IMG/VR virus record: IMGVR_UViG_2579779107_000005
Length of the DNA: 64,000 nucleotides
DNA from: a virus
Taxonomy: Duplodnaviria; Heunggongvirae; Uroviricota; Caudoviricetes
Strand: one strand, 5' to 3'
The notes beneath the pieces were generated by a model. It was not told the origin of the DNA, did not search any database, and was given only the letters and a program-made list of their open reading frames with translations. The position numbers and the translations under genes were made by a program. Shown here in pieces: positions 18,030 to 27,449 of the stretch. Each line of letters opens with the position of its first letter. Position 1 is the first letter of the stretch.

Positions 18030-18451
18030 GCGGTCAGCTCCTTGGGGGCTGCGGCCGGGGTGGCCTCGGTGTCGGGGATTCGGGTGGCCTCGAAGATGAC
18101 GATGGCCTCCTGGTAGTCGCGGATGGCGGCGAGGGCTCGAGCGCGCTCCTCAACCGTGAAGTCGGCATAGCGGCCGTCGACGCGGAGGTAGCCCTCGGCG
18201 GCGCGGAGCATGTCGGCGCGGGAGCCGTTGGAGAAGTCCTCGATACTGCTGGCGCTGTCGCCGAAGCCGTTGCAGGAGCAGCCGGAGTCCTCGAGCCAGA
18301 AGTAGCGGTCGCGGCTCGGGGAGTACCAGCCGGCGATGCCGGACCACTCGTAGCCACCGGTCTCCTCGTGGAAGACCTCCTGCCAGTCCTCGAAGCCGGA
18401 GCGGGCGACGTACGTGCCGGCCTCGTAGTCGTAGCGGTCGATGGCGCTCAT
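18026..18451 (-). CDS. hypothetical protein
   Basis: 141 aa ORF. Protein-like, acidic. Confidence 0.45.
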   Translation of the reverse strand: MSAIDRYDYEAGTYVARSGFEDWQEVFHEETGGYEWSGIAGWYSPSRDRYFWLEDSGCSCNGFGDSASSIEDFSNGSRADMLRAAEGYLRVDGRYADFTVEERARALAAIRDYQEAIVIFEATRIPDTEATPAAAPKELTA

Positions 18452-18951
18452 GCGGTGGCCCCGAGGGTCTTGGCGGCCTCGAGGAGGTCGGTGAAGGTGT
18501 AGCCGTGCTCCTCGAGCACGTCTTCCAGCTCGCCGGTCCAGCCGGAGTTGCCGAAGGGGCGCTTGCCGGAGAAGCCCTCGTCCTCGTAGAGGACGGTCCA
18601 GAGCAGCTTGCCGAGGTACTCGCGGATCGACGAGGCGTTGGCGTCGTTCTCGTCCGGGTTCATGGGGAGGTCGAGGATCGGGTGCTTGTCGGCCACGGGG
18701 GACTCCTTCGTGTTCGGGGCGCCGTCGGGGACGGTCTGCCAGGCGGGGACGCAGCGCTGGACGGCGCTGGTGTAGAGGACGCCCTTGCGGCCGTATCGGC
18801 GGGCGCTGTTGAGGCGGTCGGTGCGCATGCCGCGGGCAGCGCCGAGCGTTCCGTAAGGGCCGTAGATGTCGGTCTCGACGGTGCCGTCCGGCAGGGTCTT
18901 GTAGATGACGGCGCGGAAGCTCTCGCCGTCGGCGGCTTGGCGGCGGGCCAT
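18448..18951 (-). CDS. hypothetical protein
   Basis: 167 aa starting at MARRQAADGESFRAV. The upstream S/T/P/R-rich part of the 308-aa ORF in the track is an artefact frame. Confidence 0.45.
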   Translation of the reverse strand: MARRQAADGESFRAVIYKTLPDGTVETDIYGPYGTLGAARGMRTDRLNSARRYGRKGVLYTSAVQRCVPAWQTVPDGAPNTKESPVADKHPILDLPMNPDENDANASSIREYLGKLLWTVLYEDEGFSGKRPFGNSGWTGELEDVLEEHGYTFTDLLEAAKTLGATA

Positions 18952-19130
18952 CAGGCGTTCGCCTCTCGGACGAGCTGGTCGAGCCAGAGCTGGGCCTCGT
19001 CGAGCTTGGTGAAGACGAGCGCCTTCTCGCGCGAGACGGGGAGCTGGGCGACCTGGGCGCGCGCGGTGTTGAGGCCGCTGTGTGCGCGTTCGACGGCGGC
19101 CAGTTCGCGGCCGTTGAGAGCCACGGTCAC
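18951..19130 (-). CDS. small hypothetical protein
   Basis: 59 aa. GTG start overlapping the upstream stop. Confidence 0.3.
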   Translation of the reverse strand: MTVALNGRELAAVERAHSGLNTARAQVAQLPVSREKALVFTKLDEAQLWLDQLVREANA

Positions 19131-19486
19131 TCGCCCGTCTGGGTGACGTCGATGGCCTCGGTGATGTTCGGGAACGTCGAGAGGAAGCCGTTGCGGTGGC
19201 CGTACGTCGTGAAGAGGTAGGCGTGGTGGGGCTGGATGCTGGCGTAGATGTCGGCGGAGTTGTAGCGGCCGAGGAAGGGCGCGTCCTCGACGTTGAGGAT
19301 GCCGCAGTCGGAGGTGTAGACGCGGTAGACGCCGTTGCCGTCCTTGTCGATCGTGTGATCCTTGGAGTCGACATGGCACGCCTGGCCGTGGGTCACCTCG
19401 TCGGTGGTCGGGGCGCAACCGGCGAGAGTTGCGACGAGCGCGGCGCCGGCGAGGGCGACGGCTGCGATGCGGGTCCTGAGCTTCAC
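19127..19486 (-). CDS. lipoprotein
   Basis: 119 aa. Signal peptide ending in lipobox LAGC (MKLRTRIAAVALAGAALVATLAGC). Confidence 0.55.
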   Translation of the reverse strand: MKLRTRIAAVALAGAALVATLAGCAPTTDEVTHGQACHVDSKDHTIDKDGNGVYRVYTSDCGILNVEDAPFLGRYNSADIYASIQPHHAYLFTTYGHRNGFLSTFPNITEAIDVTQTGE

Positions 19487-19494
19487 GGGGTCTC

Positions 19495-19599
19495 CTAGTT
19501 GACGAGCAGGTACAGGGTGATGAGGTCGGCCAGGGCGAGTGCCCCGGCCACAGCCAGGAGGATCGAGTTGACCCTCCTGGCGCGGCGGGGGGTGGTCAC
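19495..19599 (-). CDS. small membrane peptide
   Basis: About 34 aa (VTTPRRARRVNSILLAVAGALALADLITLYLLVN). GTG start overlapping the SPFH gene stop. Confidence 0.25.
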   Translation of the reverse strand: MTTPRRARRVNSILLAVAGALALADLITLYLLVN

Positions 19600-20591
19600 T
19601 ACTTGGCCGGCGTCTGGATCAGCGGGTTCGAGCCCTGGGGGACGACGAACACGGTGCCGGCCTTGAGGGCGTCGATGTAGTGCTGCTGCAGCACCTCGGG
19701 GGTCAGCGACTGCGTGAGGAGCTGGTTGGCCTTGGCGTCGGCCTCGGCCTTGGTGACGGCCTGCTGCGAGGAGACCTTGGCGGCGTCGAGCTTGGCCTGC
19801 TCCTTGGTGACGTCGATCTGAGCCTGCTGGGCGGCGGCGTAGCTGTCGGTGACCGCCTGGGGAGCGCGAATCTCCTGCAGCGAGATGCTGTCGACCGTGA
19901 CGCCGGCCTTGGCCCAGCGGGTCTCGAGCGCGTTCTTGATCTTGGCCTCGACGTCGGCACGCTTGGTGAGCAGGTCGATCGTGGAGAAGGCGTTCGGCAC
20001 CTCGCGGACGACGGCGCGGATGTCCTGCTCGATGAACGACTTCTTGAAGTTGTCCTCGGTCTTGAACTGCTTGTAGATGTCCGTGACGGCGGAGGCGACG
20101 ACCGAGTAGCGGACGGCCACGTCGATGTTGGAGGTCACGCCGTCCTGGTCCTGGACGGTGATCTGGGGGCCGGCCGCCTGGCCGCCGTTGTTGTCGTTCT
20201 GGTTGCCGCTGGCGCCGGCGAAGACGATCTGCTGGGTGCCGGTGCTGAACGAGATGGTGTCGACCCACGGCGCCTTGGTGTGGAGGCCGGATTCGGTGGT
20301 GGAGCCGACGAGGTTGCCGGTCCAGTCCTTGAGCTGCACCGACTCGCGCGTCTCCTGCGTGTAGAAGAGCTGCGGGACGCTGGCGCCGAGCCCGCCGATG
20401 ATGGCTGCGACGGTCAGGCCGAGGGCGACCCACTTGGCGACGGCGCTGGGGCCGTACTGGATGTAGTAGCGCTCCTCCGCCTTCTTCTGCCTGTGGATCG
20501 CCAGGGCCTTCTTGTAGGCGCGGGTGAGGGCGATGGTGACGACGATGCCGACCAGGCCCAGGATGAGCAAGATGAGTCCGAAAACGAACAC
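19599..20591 (-). CDS. SPFH/band-7 (prohibitin/HflK-like) domain membrane protein
   Basis: 330 aa. N-terminal TM helix, then an SPFH-type core (IDVAVRYSVVASAVTDIYKQF...), then a C-terminal coiled-coil (QQAQIDVTKEQAKLDAAKVSSQQAVTKAEADAKANQLL). Confidence 0.65.
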   Translation of the reverse strand: MFVFGLILLILGLVGIVVTIALTRAYKKALAIHRQKKAEERYYIQYGPSAVAKWVALGLTVAAIIGGLGASVPQLFYTQETRESVQLKDWTGNLVGSTTESGLHTKAPWVDTISFSTGTQQIVFAGASGNQNDNNGGQAAGPQITVQDQDGVTSNIDVAVRYSVVASAVTDIYKQFKTEDNFKKSFIEQDIRAVVREVPNAFSTIDLLTKRADVEAKIKNALETRWAKAGVTVDSISLQEIRAPQAVTDSYAAAQQAQIDVTKEQAKLDAAKVSSQQAVTKAEADAKANQLLTQSLTPEVLQQHYIDALKAGTVFVVPQGSNPLIQTPAK

Positions 20592-22049
20592 GTATCCTCC
20601 AGGTGATTTAGCGGGCTATTTGCCCTCTGGAATCCCACTATGGGGCAAGTGCGGCACTAGTTCAAGAAATTTAGCGGGCAATTTTCGGCGGTCCCCGCGG
20701 GGAGCTGGAAGGAGTGGCCGGCGAGGGGTTTCGTCGAAGCGGTGCAACTGGGGCAATCGCACCGCTCGGGCGCCGGCGAGGCGCACACCCGCCCCCGGCC
20801 TTTCGCGCGCGTCCCCCTGTCTTAAAATCTGAGGGCTTTCAGGTGGTTCCCAGGTTCGCGTTCGCGGAAAAAAAGATTCGCTGTTTCTGGAGCGTGATCT
20901 ATACCCCCCTCTGTGCGCGCGCGTGTGTGTTCTCTTTTCGATCATGGGGTGCATCAATCGTAAGTTGTTTCTTGATTCGGCTAGTGGTGTGTTAGTGTCT
21001 CTCTTGTCAGCGCGAAAGGCCCCCGGGCCGGAGGTGCTAGCGATCGAATCTTGAGAATTGAATATCGACCTAGCGGGGGAGCGATCCCCATACGCAATAG
21101 CTACAGGCGCTAACCAGAATCCGGCATGCGGGGATATGAAAGGGCAATGCGAGCAATCGCAGAGCTGCAAAGAATGCGCTTGAGAATCAGCAGACTGGAC
21201 AGAGCACGCCCCCGGGCCGCTACTCACGTACTTGCATACTTAGTCGCCACGCTGAATCACTAGCTAAAGTGCAAAACAGATAGCGACCTGCTAGAGTCGG
21301 TATCACGCCGAACGGGGCAAACCGGGAAACCGGTCACACCCCGCGAGACGCATCAAGATACGCAAACGCGAAACCAGCAACGTGCGGGCTGCAACCCAAT
21401 CCGACCTGGTTGAGCACCCGTCCTGGGCCACGGGCCTAGCCGAGACAGGGATTCACGTAGAGCGCCATGCGCACGGTTGTCCGTGCTCAGTCCGGTGGGC
21501 TTGACCCACACGGCCATGCTGCTCCACGCCCGAAATAGGCAGGGATGCGGAATCGCAACTTGGGAATTCAATAGTGGACTCTTAGCGCGCTAATGCCATA
21601 GCGCTCGCCCCTCGACACTGGGCGGCCTAGGCGCGTAGAGCATCATCCGATCGGCCATAGTGCCGCGCATCGGATCGCGCTTGGTAAGCGCGTGTCGTAC
21701 TAGCTCGACCTGTGCGAGCAAGTAGCCGAACAACCTCTCAGCTACAGAGGCACCAGTACGAGTGTGCCTAGGCGGAATTGCAGCCCGTCACCCCACAGTG
21801 GAACCGACCGAACGCCCTCTCCTGGGCGTGCACACCAGCGGGTCGGGAACCGTGACAGGACCACGGAACGAATTGAGTACCAAGATTTGCACCACCCCTA
21901 GCGCTGTCAGCCCGGGTATCCATCCCCGGCATGCGAACCACGCCGCAGGGTCACGCGGCAGCCCCGTGCTCCCACTACAGGTGGGCGCGGTCAGACCGGG
22001 CACGGGGCACGCATCATCCACCATCCGCACACACCAGACAGGGGACCAC
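20592..22049. other. long non-coding, lower-GC divergent switch region
   Basis: About 1.46 kb with no convincing ORF (the listed ORFs are low-complexity artefacts). Two TTAGCGGGC(T/A)A motif copies at 20607-20618 and 20671-20682. A duplicated module, CTTGAGAATTGAATATCGACCTAGCG at about 21047 and CTTGGGAATTCAATAGTGGACTCTTAGCG at about 21566. GC-rich hairpins (GGCCCCCGGGCC). Confidence 0.5.
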
Positions 22050-22329
22050 CATGTCCAAATCCGCCACCCTCGACCGGCCCACCATCACCCACGCGATCGA
22101 CACGGCGGGGCGCGACCTGGGTCCCGTGTCCAAGCGCACGGCCGAGTACCTGTACCTCGCCGACGGATCGCGCATCGCCCTCCACCGTGTGCAGAAGCTC
22201 GCGGCCACCCCCATGCCCACCCAGCAGAAGACCGTCCAGCCGGGCGTCACCCTGCACCAGTTCCCGGACGGCCAGTACCACGTGTCCACCACGGACCAGT
22301 GGCTCGCCGCCTGGGGTGAGGAGCTGTAG
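22050..22329 (+). CDS. hypothetical protein
   Basis: 93 aa from ATG 22050 (MSKSATLDRPTITHAI...). The longer upstream frames are artefacts. Confidence 0.45.
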
Positions 22330-22470
22330 AACCATGCCCAACCGCGACCACAAGCGCACCCCCGAATCCAAGGCCCGCACCCGCCAGCGTCAGCAGGCCC
22401 GCGCCCTCAAGTACGGCAAGACCCGCAAGCTGCGCTAGATTAGCCAGCAATTCATCAACCGGAGGCATTC

Positions 22471-22839
22471 GTGACCGCACCCATCCTCAGCACCAAAGGC
22501 ACGCCCATCACGTCCCGCGACGCTCTCGCCCAGTCGGCAGAGCGCGCCCGCCGCAGGCTCGCGGCCCACTCCCACGCCCCCGCCGGCGTCCTGTGGGACA
22601 GGCTCGCCGACCGCACCGACCTCGACCGAAAGCACGCCAAGAGCGTCGTGCTCTCGCCCGCGTACCACCTCGGCATCGCCCGTGCCTTCAACCGGGTCTC
22701 CCGCCACGCAGCGCTGCGCGGCACTCCCGGCGCGACCATCGGCAAGATCCTGCGCCCCTACGGCGAAGACGCCCGCGCCATCAGCCAGCTAATCCCGCAG
22801 GCGTACCGCGCCCCGCGCCCTCTGGAGGCCCGCGCATGA
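22471..22839 (+). CDS. hypothetical protein
   Basis: 122 aa ORF. GTG start after a TTAGC-motif gap. Confidence 0.45.
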   Translation: MTAPILSTKGTPITSRDALAQSAERARRRLAAHSHAPAGVLWDRLADRTDLDRKHAKSVVLSPAYHLGIARAFNRVSRHAALRGTPGATIGKILRPYGEDARAISQLIPQAYRAPRPLEARA

Positions 22840-22942
22840 GCTGGCTCGACATCATCCGCGCCCTGCTCAACCGCGGCGCCTGCTGGTACGGCCAGCACAC
22901 CACCCACTCGACGCGCTGCACCCTCAACTGAGAGGCACACCC

Positions 22943-23320
22943 ATGCGCTACTTCGGAGTCCTCAACGGCTCGGCCCTCGCCCCGTCGGGCATCCATGACC
23001 GTGAGGCCGTGGTCGTGCTCGATTCGATCCGCCACGCAGAGGACCACCTCTCGTTCGCCCATGTTGGCGCGAACCTCGCCCTGCGCAGCCACGGCGGCAA
23101 GACGCTCGACGGCGAGTACCCCGGCGACATTCCCGGCGGAGTGGGAGACGGGTCTCGCATCACGCTCTTTCAGGTGCCCCGCAGCTCTGTCTACGAGACG
23201 GACGACATGGACGCGGGGGAGCTGTATGACCTGCTGCTCCGCTGCTACGGCCCGGACCTCCACCCGGACTACGAACTGACCGTCGGCCCCCGTGGGGGCG
23301 TCAAGATCGAGAGGCTCTGA
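22943..23320 (+). CDS. hypothetical protein
   Basis: 125 aa ORF. Confidence 0.45.
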   Translation: MRYFGVLNGSALAPSGIHDREAVVVLDSIRHAEDHLSFAHVGANLALRSHGGKTLDGEYPGDIPGGVGDGSRITLFQVPRSSVYETDDMDAGELYDLLLRCYGPDLHPDYELTVGPRGGVKIERL

Positions 23321-23322
23321 CC

Positions 23323-23814
23323 ATGAGCACCCACGACAAGAACTGCGCCATGAGCGGGGCCGAACTCCGCCATGCCACCGACTCTGCACTGGAGACCCTC
23401 GCCTGGTCCGAGCACACAGGCTGCGACGCCCGCTCCACCTCGCTCGGCGGCGGCTTCATCTGCTACCAGTGTGGCTACCACTGCGAGTGCATCGTCTGCC
23501 GCGGTGGCAGCGACGACCGCGAACCCCTGCCCGAGTTCCTCGACGGCCTGGACTTCGACCAGTGGGCACCCGACGCGATCGAGAAGATGAGCGCCGAACT
23601 GTCGGACTTCATCGAGTCCAACTCCGCCGACCTCGACGGGCTCGACTACGGGCAGATCGCCCACGACTTCATCCTCACCCGCAACGCCTCCGGCATCGGC
23701 TTCTGGGACCGCGGCTTGGGGGAGCGTGGCACCCGCCTCACTGCCGCCACCAAGCCCTACGGCGAGATTCACGCCTGGGCCAACCACGAGACCCGCACCC
23801 TCGACTTCGAGTAG
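23323..23814 (+). CDS. hypothetical Cys-rich protein
   Basis: 163 aa with a Cys cluster (CYQCGYHCECIVC). Confidence 0.45.
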   Translation: MSTHDKNCAMSGAELRHATDSALETLAWSEHTGCDARSTSLGGGFICYQCGYHCECIVCRGGSDDREPLPEFLDGLDFDQWAPDAIEKMSAELSDFIESNSADLDGLDYGQIAHDFILTRNASGIGFWDRGLGERGTRLTAATKPYGEIHAWANHETRTLDFE

Positions 23815-23823
23815 GAGACCACC

Positions 23824-24600
23824 GTGACCACCGAAGACACCACCCCCGACGACGGCCGCAGCGTCGTCGCCTACGACAACCTCGACCGTGCGCTCACCAT
23901 CTGGGGAGCCACGTTCTACGACCAGACCTGGACCGCCCAGGAGAAGCGTTACCTGCTCGATGAGGCCGAGGCTGGCTTCGACGCCACGAACGAAGACCCC
24001 GACGGCTTCCGAGTCTGGGTCTCCACCTTCGGCCTCTACAACGCCGGGAGTCTCGCGGGCTACTGGGTCGCCGCCGAGCACGCCCCGACCACCGTGCCCG
24101 AGTTCATCGCTGGCATGGTCATCCGCAACCACAGCGTCGGCAAGAGCTTCCTGCAGAACGTGGGGGAGGAGCTGAACTGCTTCGACATCGAGAACAGCCC
24201 CGTCGACGCCGAGATGCACCCGAGCGCCGCGAAGGCATGGGCAGAGGCCATCAACGCGACCATCGCTGACCAGGGCGATCAGGTCACCACCTCGCTCATT
24301 GTCACCTTCATCCGCGACCACACCGGGGGCATCTGGCCCGACGACCTCACCAGCACCTTCGACGACCGCTTCCACGGCTTCTGGGAAGACGGCATCGCCT
24401 CCTGGTGGGTTGAGAACGTCTGGGAGACCTGGGTCGCCGAGTACAAGCAGCTCGCCGAGCACTCCTACCCGCGAGTCACGCTCCCCGACTGGCTGGAGTA
24501 CGCCGCATGGGGGATCGCCAAGAGCCAGGCCGAGGACTACCGCCTCTCCGGGTGGGCCGAGATTCACACCAACGACGGTGTGGCGGTGTTCAGCGAGTGA
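23824..24600 (+). CDS. hypothetical protein
   Basis: 258 aa ORF. Trp-rich, acidic. Confidence 0.5.
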   Translation: MTTEDTTPDDGRSVVAYDNLDRALTIWGATFYDQTWTAQEKRYLLDEAEAGFDATNEDPDGFRVWVSTFGLYNAGSLAGYWVAAEHAPTTVPEFIAGMVIRNHSVGKSFLQNVGEELNCFDIENSPVDAEMHPSAAKAWAEAINATIADQGDQVTTSLIVTFIRDHTGGIWPDDLTSTFDDRFHGFWEDGIASWWVENVWETWVAEYKQLAEHSYPRVTLPDWLEYAAWGIAKSQAEDYRLSGWAEIHTNDGVAVFSE

Positions 24601-24866
24601 CCATCCCCATCACCGCCGATCACCTCCGCCAAGCCGCACTCCGCTCGATCAAGTCCCCGCCCAACCCGCAGAGCGGCAAGCGAGAGGGCGACCCGCTGCC
24701 CATCCTCGTCAACGCCAACAACGCGCCGAGCCTCTACGGCATGGTCGAGAGCATCACGGGGGAGCTTCCCCCCGACGCCCCGAGCTACCAGCCCGAACCT
24801 CTCGCCGCCTACCTGCGCTCGATGCTGCGCCGGTGGGCCATGAAGCACGAACAGGAGAACCCGTGA
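24597..24866 (+). CDS. hypothetical protein
   Basis: 89 aa. GTG start with a GTGA overlap. Confidence 0.35.
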   Translation: MTIPITADHLRQAALRSIKSPPNPQSGKREGDPLPILVNANNAPSLYGMVESITGELPPDAPSYQPEPLAAYLRSMLRRWAMKHEQENP

Positions 24867-25174
24867 CCACCATCCCCACCTTCCCCGAGCACGCCATGAC
24901 CGCGGGGGAGCGCAGGGCTCTGCGCACCCAGGCCGACCTCGAGCGCCAGGCCAACCTCGTCACCCGCATCAGCGCCGCCACGCTCGGCATCACCACCGAG
25001 CCCACCCGCAAGCGCAAGCCCGCCGGCGAGTACCGCAAGCGCATCCGCCGGCGCCGCGTGCACGCCGCCCTCTACCTCACCAAGCAGCTCGTCATCGGCT
25101 GCATCCAGGGCTTCATCGCCGCCATGTTCGCCATCGGCCTCGCCACCACCGTCGTCGCCATCCTCACCCACTAG
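24863..25174 (+). CDS. hypothetical protein with C-terminal TM helix
   Basis: 103 aa. Hydrophobic C-terminus (LVIGCIQGFIAAMFAIGLATTVVAIL). Confidence 0.4.
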   Translation: MTTIPTFPEHAMTAGERRALRTQADLERQANLVTRISAATLGITTEPTRKRKPAGEYRKRIRRRRVHAALYLTKQLVIGCIQGFIAAMFAIGLATTVVAILTH

Positions 25175-25182
25175 GAGACCCC

Positions 25183-25650
25183 ATGACCAACCGCATCGAT
25201 GACACGGCCACCGCCGAATACACCGTCACCGTCCCCACCACCGTCAGCCGAGCCACCCTGGAGGAAATCCTCGACGGCCTCGGCTTCGACTGGTACTGGG
25301 CCTACGAGGTCACCCACCACGACGACCTGACCGACGTCGAGCGCACCGAGGGCCTCGCCTTCAAGGTCGGCTACTGGGACGACGGCGAGCAGTGGCAGCC
25401 CAGCAACGCACCCCGCGACGGCGCGATCTTCACCCACAAGTACGGCATCGTCGAGTACCACGAGGTCAAGGTCACCTGGCAGCAGCTCGCAGACGGCCTC
25501 GCCCTCATCGCCTCTGGCAAGCTCGCCAACGTCGAGCTGACCAAGGCCGCGTCCACCTACCTCCACGCCCCCAACGAGGCCGACGGCGACTTCTGGCTCG
25601 CCGACGTCGTGGTGCAGGCCGCCGCCTTCGGAAAGCTGGTGTTCGGATGA
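25183..25650 (+). CDS. hypothetical protein
   Basis: 155 aa ORF. Confidence 0.45.
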   Translation: MTNRIDDTATAEYTVTVPTTVSRATLEEILDGLGFDWYWAYEVTHHDDLTDVERTEGLAFKVGYWDDGEQWQPSNAPRDGAIFTHKYGIVEYHEVKVTWQQLADGLALIASGKLANVELTKAASTYLHAPNEADGDFWLADVVVQAAAFGKLVFG

Positions 25651-25937
25651 CCCTCACCGCACCCGCCGCCACGGCACACCACCCGTCGACCCTCCACAAG
25701 GTCCACGCGGCAGGCGACGCCAGCCGCAACCGCGTCGTCATCCGCGACGACGAGACCCACGAGGAGAAGCTCCAGCTCACCCCCTCGGCAGCCGAGAAGC
25801 TCATCCGCGACCTGCAAGGCGCGCTCGCCCTGCTCGACGTCTTCGCCCGCGCTCGATCGCAGCACGCCGGAGACCTCTACGAGGCCATGCGCGACGCCAA
25901 CGAGCACGACCCGGAGCACGACCCGAACGTCCCCTGA
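25647..25937 (+). CDS. hypothetical protein
   Basis: 96 aa. ATGA overlap. Confidence 0.4.
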   Translation: MTLTAPAATAHHPSTLHKVHAAGDASRNRVVIRDDETHEEKLQLTPSAAEKLIRDLQGALALLDVFARARSQHAGDLYEAMRDANEHDPEHDPNVP

Positions 25938-25945
25938 CTCGAATC

Positions 25946-25990
25946 TGGGAGGGGTTCGCAGACACCCGTCGCGGACCCCTCCCCGCATTT
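25946..25990 (+). terminator. terminator-like hairpin
   Basis: GGGAGGGGTTCGC-N10-GCGGACCCCTCCC followed by GCATTTACC. Confidence 0.45.
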
Positions 25991-26290
25991 ACCAGCTATC
26001 TCACTATGTAGCTAATATATTCATATAGTTAGTTGTATTAAGAGCATAGAGATAGTGTCACTACAACTCCCTGGTCAGGCCCCATTTCGCCCGCCCCGGA
26101 AAATCAACAACAACGGTCACATAGCGGGCTAATTCGCACTACATCGTGGACATACGCTATAAAGAAGCTGCACGCATCTTCATCAGGGTGCATAGCGGAT
26201 CGATATAGCGCATGTCGGCGATATAGCGGGAAATCCGCAGCAATGTGACCGGTATAGCCGATCCTGAACTTAGCTGGCTATTCGAACATC
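25990..26290. repeat. AT-rich segment plus iteron-like (T)ATAGCGG repeats (putative origin/regulatory region)
   Basis: AT-rich 25990-26060 (CTAATATATTCATATAGTTAGTTGTATTAAGAGCATAGAGATAG). Six (T)ATAGC(G/C)(G) repeats at about 26121, 26192, 26205, 26222, 26253 and 26270. Largest gap in the early plus block. Confidence 0.45.
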
Positions 26291-26332
26291 AACCCCTCAC
26301 GAACACTCGAACATTCATTCGATTGGAGCATC

Positions 26333-26719
26333 ATGACGAACACCGCGGAGAGAGAGACGCACGCCGATGCGAGCGCACCTGTGACCCTTCCGGCGCGGAA
26401 GTTCTTCGCGCTCGGCACCGAGGACCTGCTGGGCGGCGAGCACATCGGCCGGGTCATCTACCTCGAGCACTTCATGCGGATCGACCGGTTCGGCAGCCGC
26501 AACAGCAAGGAGCTGCGCGTCCGCAGCAAGACCCACATCGGGACCGTCGCGGCGGTCGTCGAGCACCGCGGCACCCGTGAGTACGGCGACATCGAGAGCC
26601 TGCGCCAGGCCGACAACTCGGACTTCCCCGACTACCACGTCGAGGTCATCTTCGCCGACGGCACCCACATCTTCATCCACGAGCGGGACACCGCGAACGT
26701 CACGGTGGTCGAGGCGTGA
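26333..26719 (+). CDS. hypothetical protein
   Basis: 128 aa ORF. Confidence 0.45.
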   Translation: MTNTAERETHADASAPVTLPARKFFALGTEDLLGGEHIGRVIYLEHFMRIDRFGSRNSKELRVRSKTHIGTVAAVVEHRGTREYGDIESLRQADNSDFPDYHVEVIFADGTHIFIHERDTANVTVVEA

Positions 26720-27003
26720 GCGTCCTCGAAGTCGGCGACGGCAACCGCGCCGACACCGTGCGCATCGCCGACACCCGATGGGACAGCAACGGCACGCAGT
26801 TCGTGACGGTCAGGGAGATGATCGGCGGCTACAACTCCTGGACGGGTGGCCGCAAGGTCGCCCTCCGAGCGATGCGAGCCACCGCCCGTCGCGCCATCCA
26901 CTACCCGGAGAAGACCCGCAGCGCACGCCTGGTGCGCGAGCACCACGACGGCGCTCAGGTCTACGCCACCTTCGCCGTCAGCCGCCTGGAGCCGACCCGA
27001 TGA
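26716..27003 (+). CDS. hypothetical protein
   Basis: 95 aa ORF. Confidence 0.4.
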   Translation: MSVLEVGDGNRADTVRIADTRWDSNGTQFVTVREMIGGYNSWTGGRKVALRAMRATARRAIHYPEKTRSARLVREHHDGAQVYATFAVSRLEPTR

Positions 27004-27449
27004 GCGCCGAACCGAAGAGCGCCGACCAGATCGCGAAGGAGCTGGGCGACCAGCGATTCGTCAGCGACGGCACGACGATGTACGGCGGCCTCACCGACAA
27101 CACCCGCCGCATCGTGCGGGTCGCCGCCCGGTCGGCAGCACGCCGGGCGCTTGAGTCCGCCGCGCTCCTCGCCGAGCAGCGGGGCATGACCGAGTACGGC
27201 CTCCCCGAGGCGATCCGTGCGCTCAAGCAGCCCACCGAGGGCGCGGTCGTCGAGGTCTGGTCCGCCCACACGTACGGCGGCTACTCGTGCGCCGTCGTCA
27301 GCGGGGACTGGGATACGGCAGAGAAGGCAGCGCGGTCATTCGCGGAGGCTCGCCTCGGCGCACCTGTGACCGTTGAGCGAAGCCACATCGGCCTTTCCGA
27401 GGGAATCGCCATCCACTACTTCACGATCAAGGAGACCGCCGGAGCATGA
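27000..27449 (+). CDS. hypothetical protein
   Basis: 149 aa from ATG 27000 (ATGA overlap). Confidence 0.45.
   Translation: MSAEPKSADQIAKELGDQRFVSDGTTMYGGLTDNTRRIVRVAARSAARRALESAALLAEQRGMTEYGLPEAIRALKQPTEGAVVEVWSAHTYGGYSCAVVSGDWDTAEKAARSFAEARLGAPVTVERSHIGLSEGIAIHYFTIKETAGA

Noticed and set aside
18448-19374. 308-aa minus ORF
   Set aside because: The N-terminal half is low-complexity S/T/P/R. Real genes are 18448-18951 and 18951-19130, in frames supported by GTGA/ATGA coupling.
20616-22319. ORFs 20616-21227 (minus), 21762-22319 (plus) and 21931-22329 (plus) inside or overlapping the non-coding region
   Set aside because: His/Pro/Arg/Ser-rich with no protein-like periodicity. Only the last 93 codons (22050-22329) look genuine.
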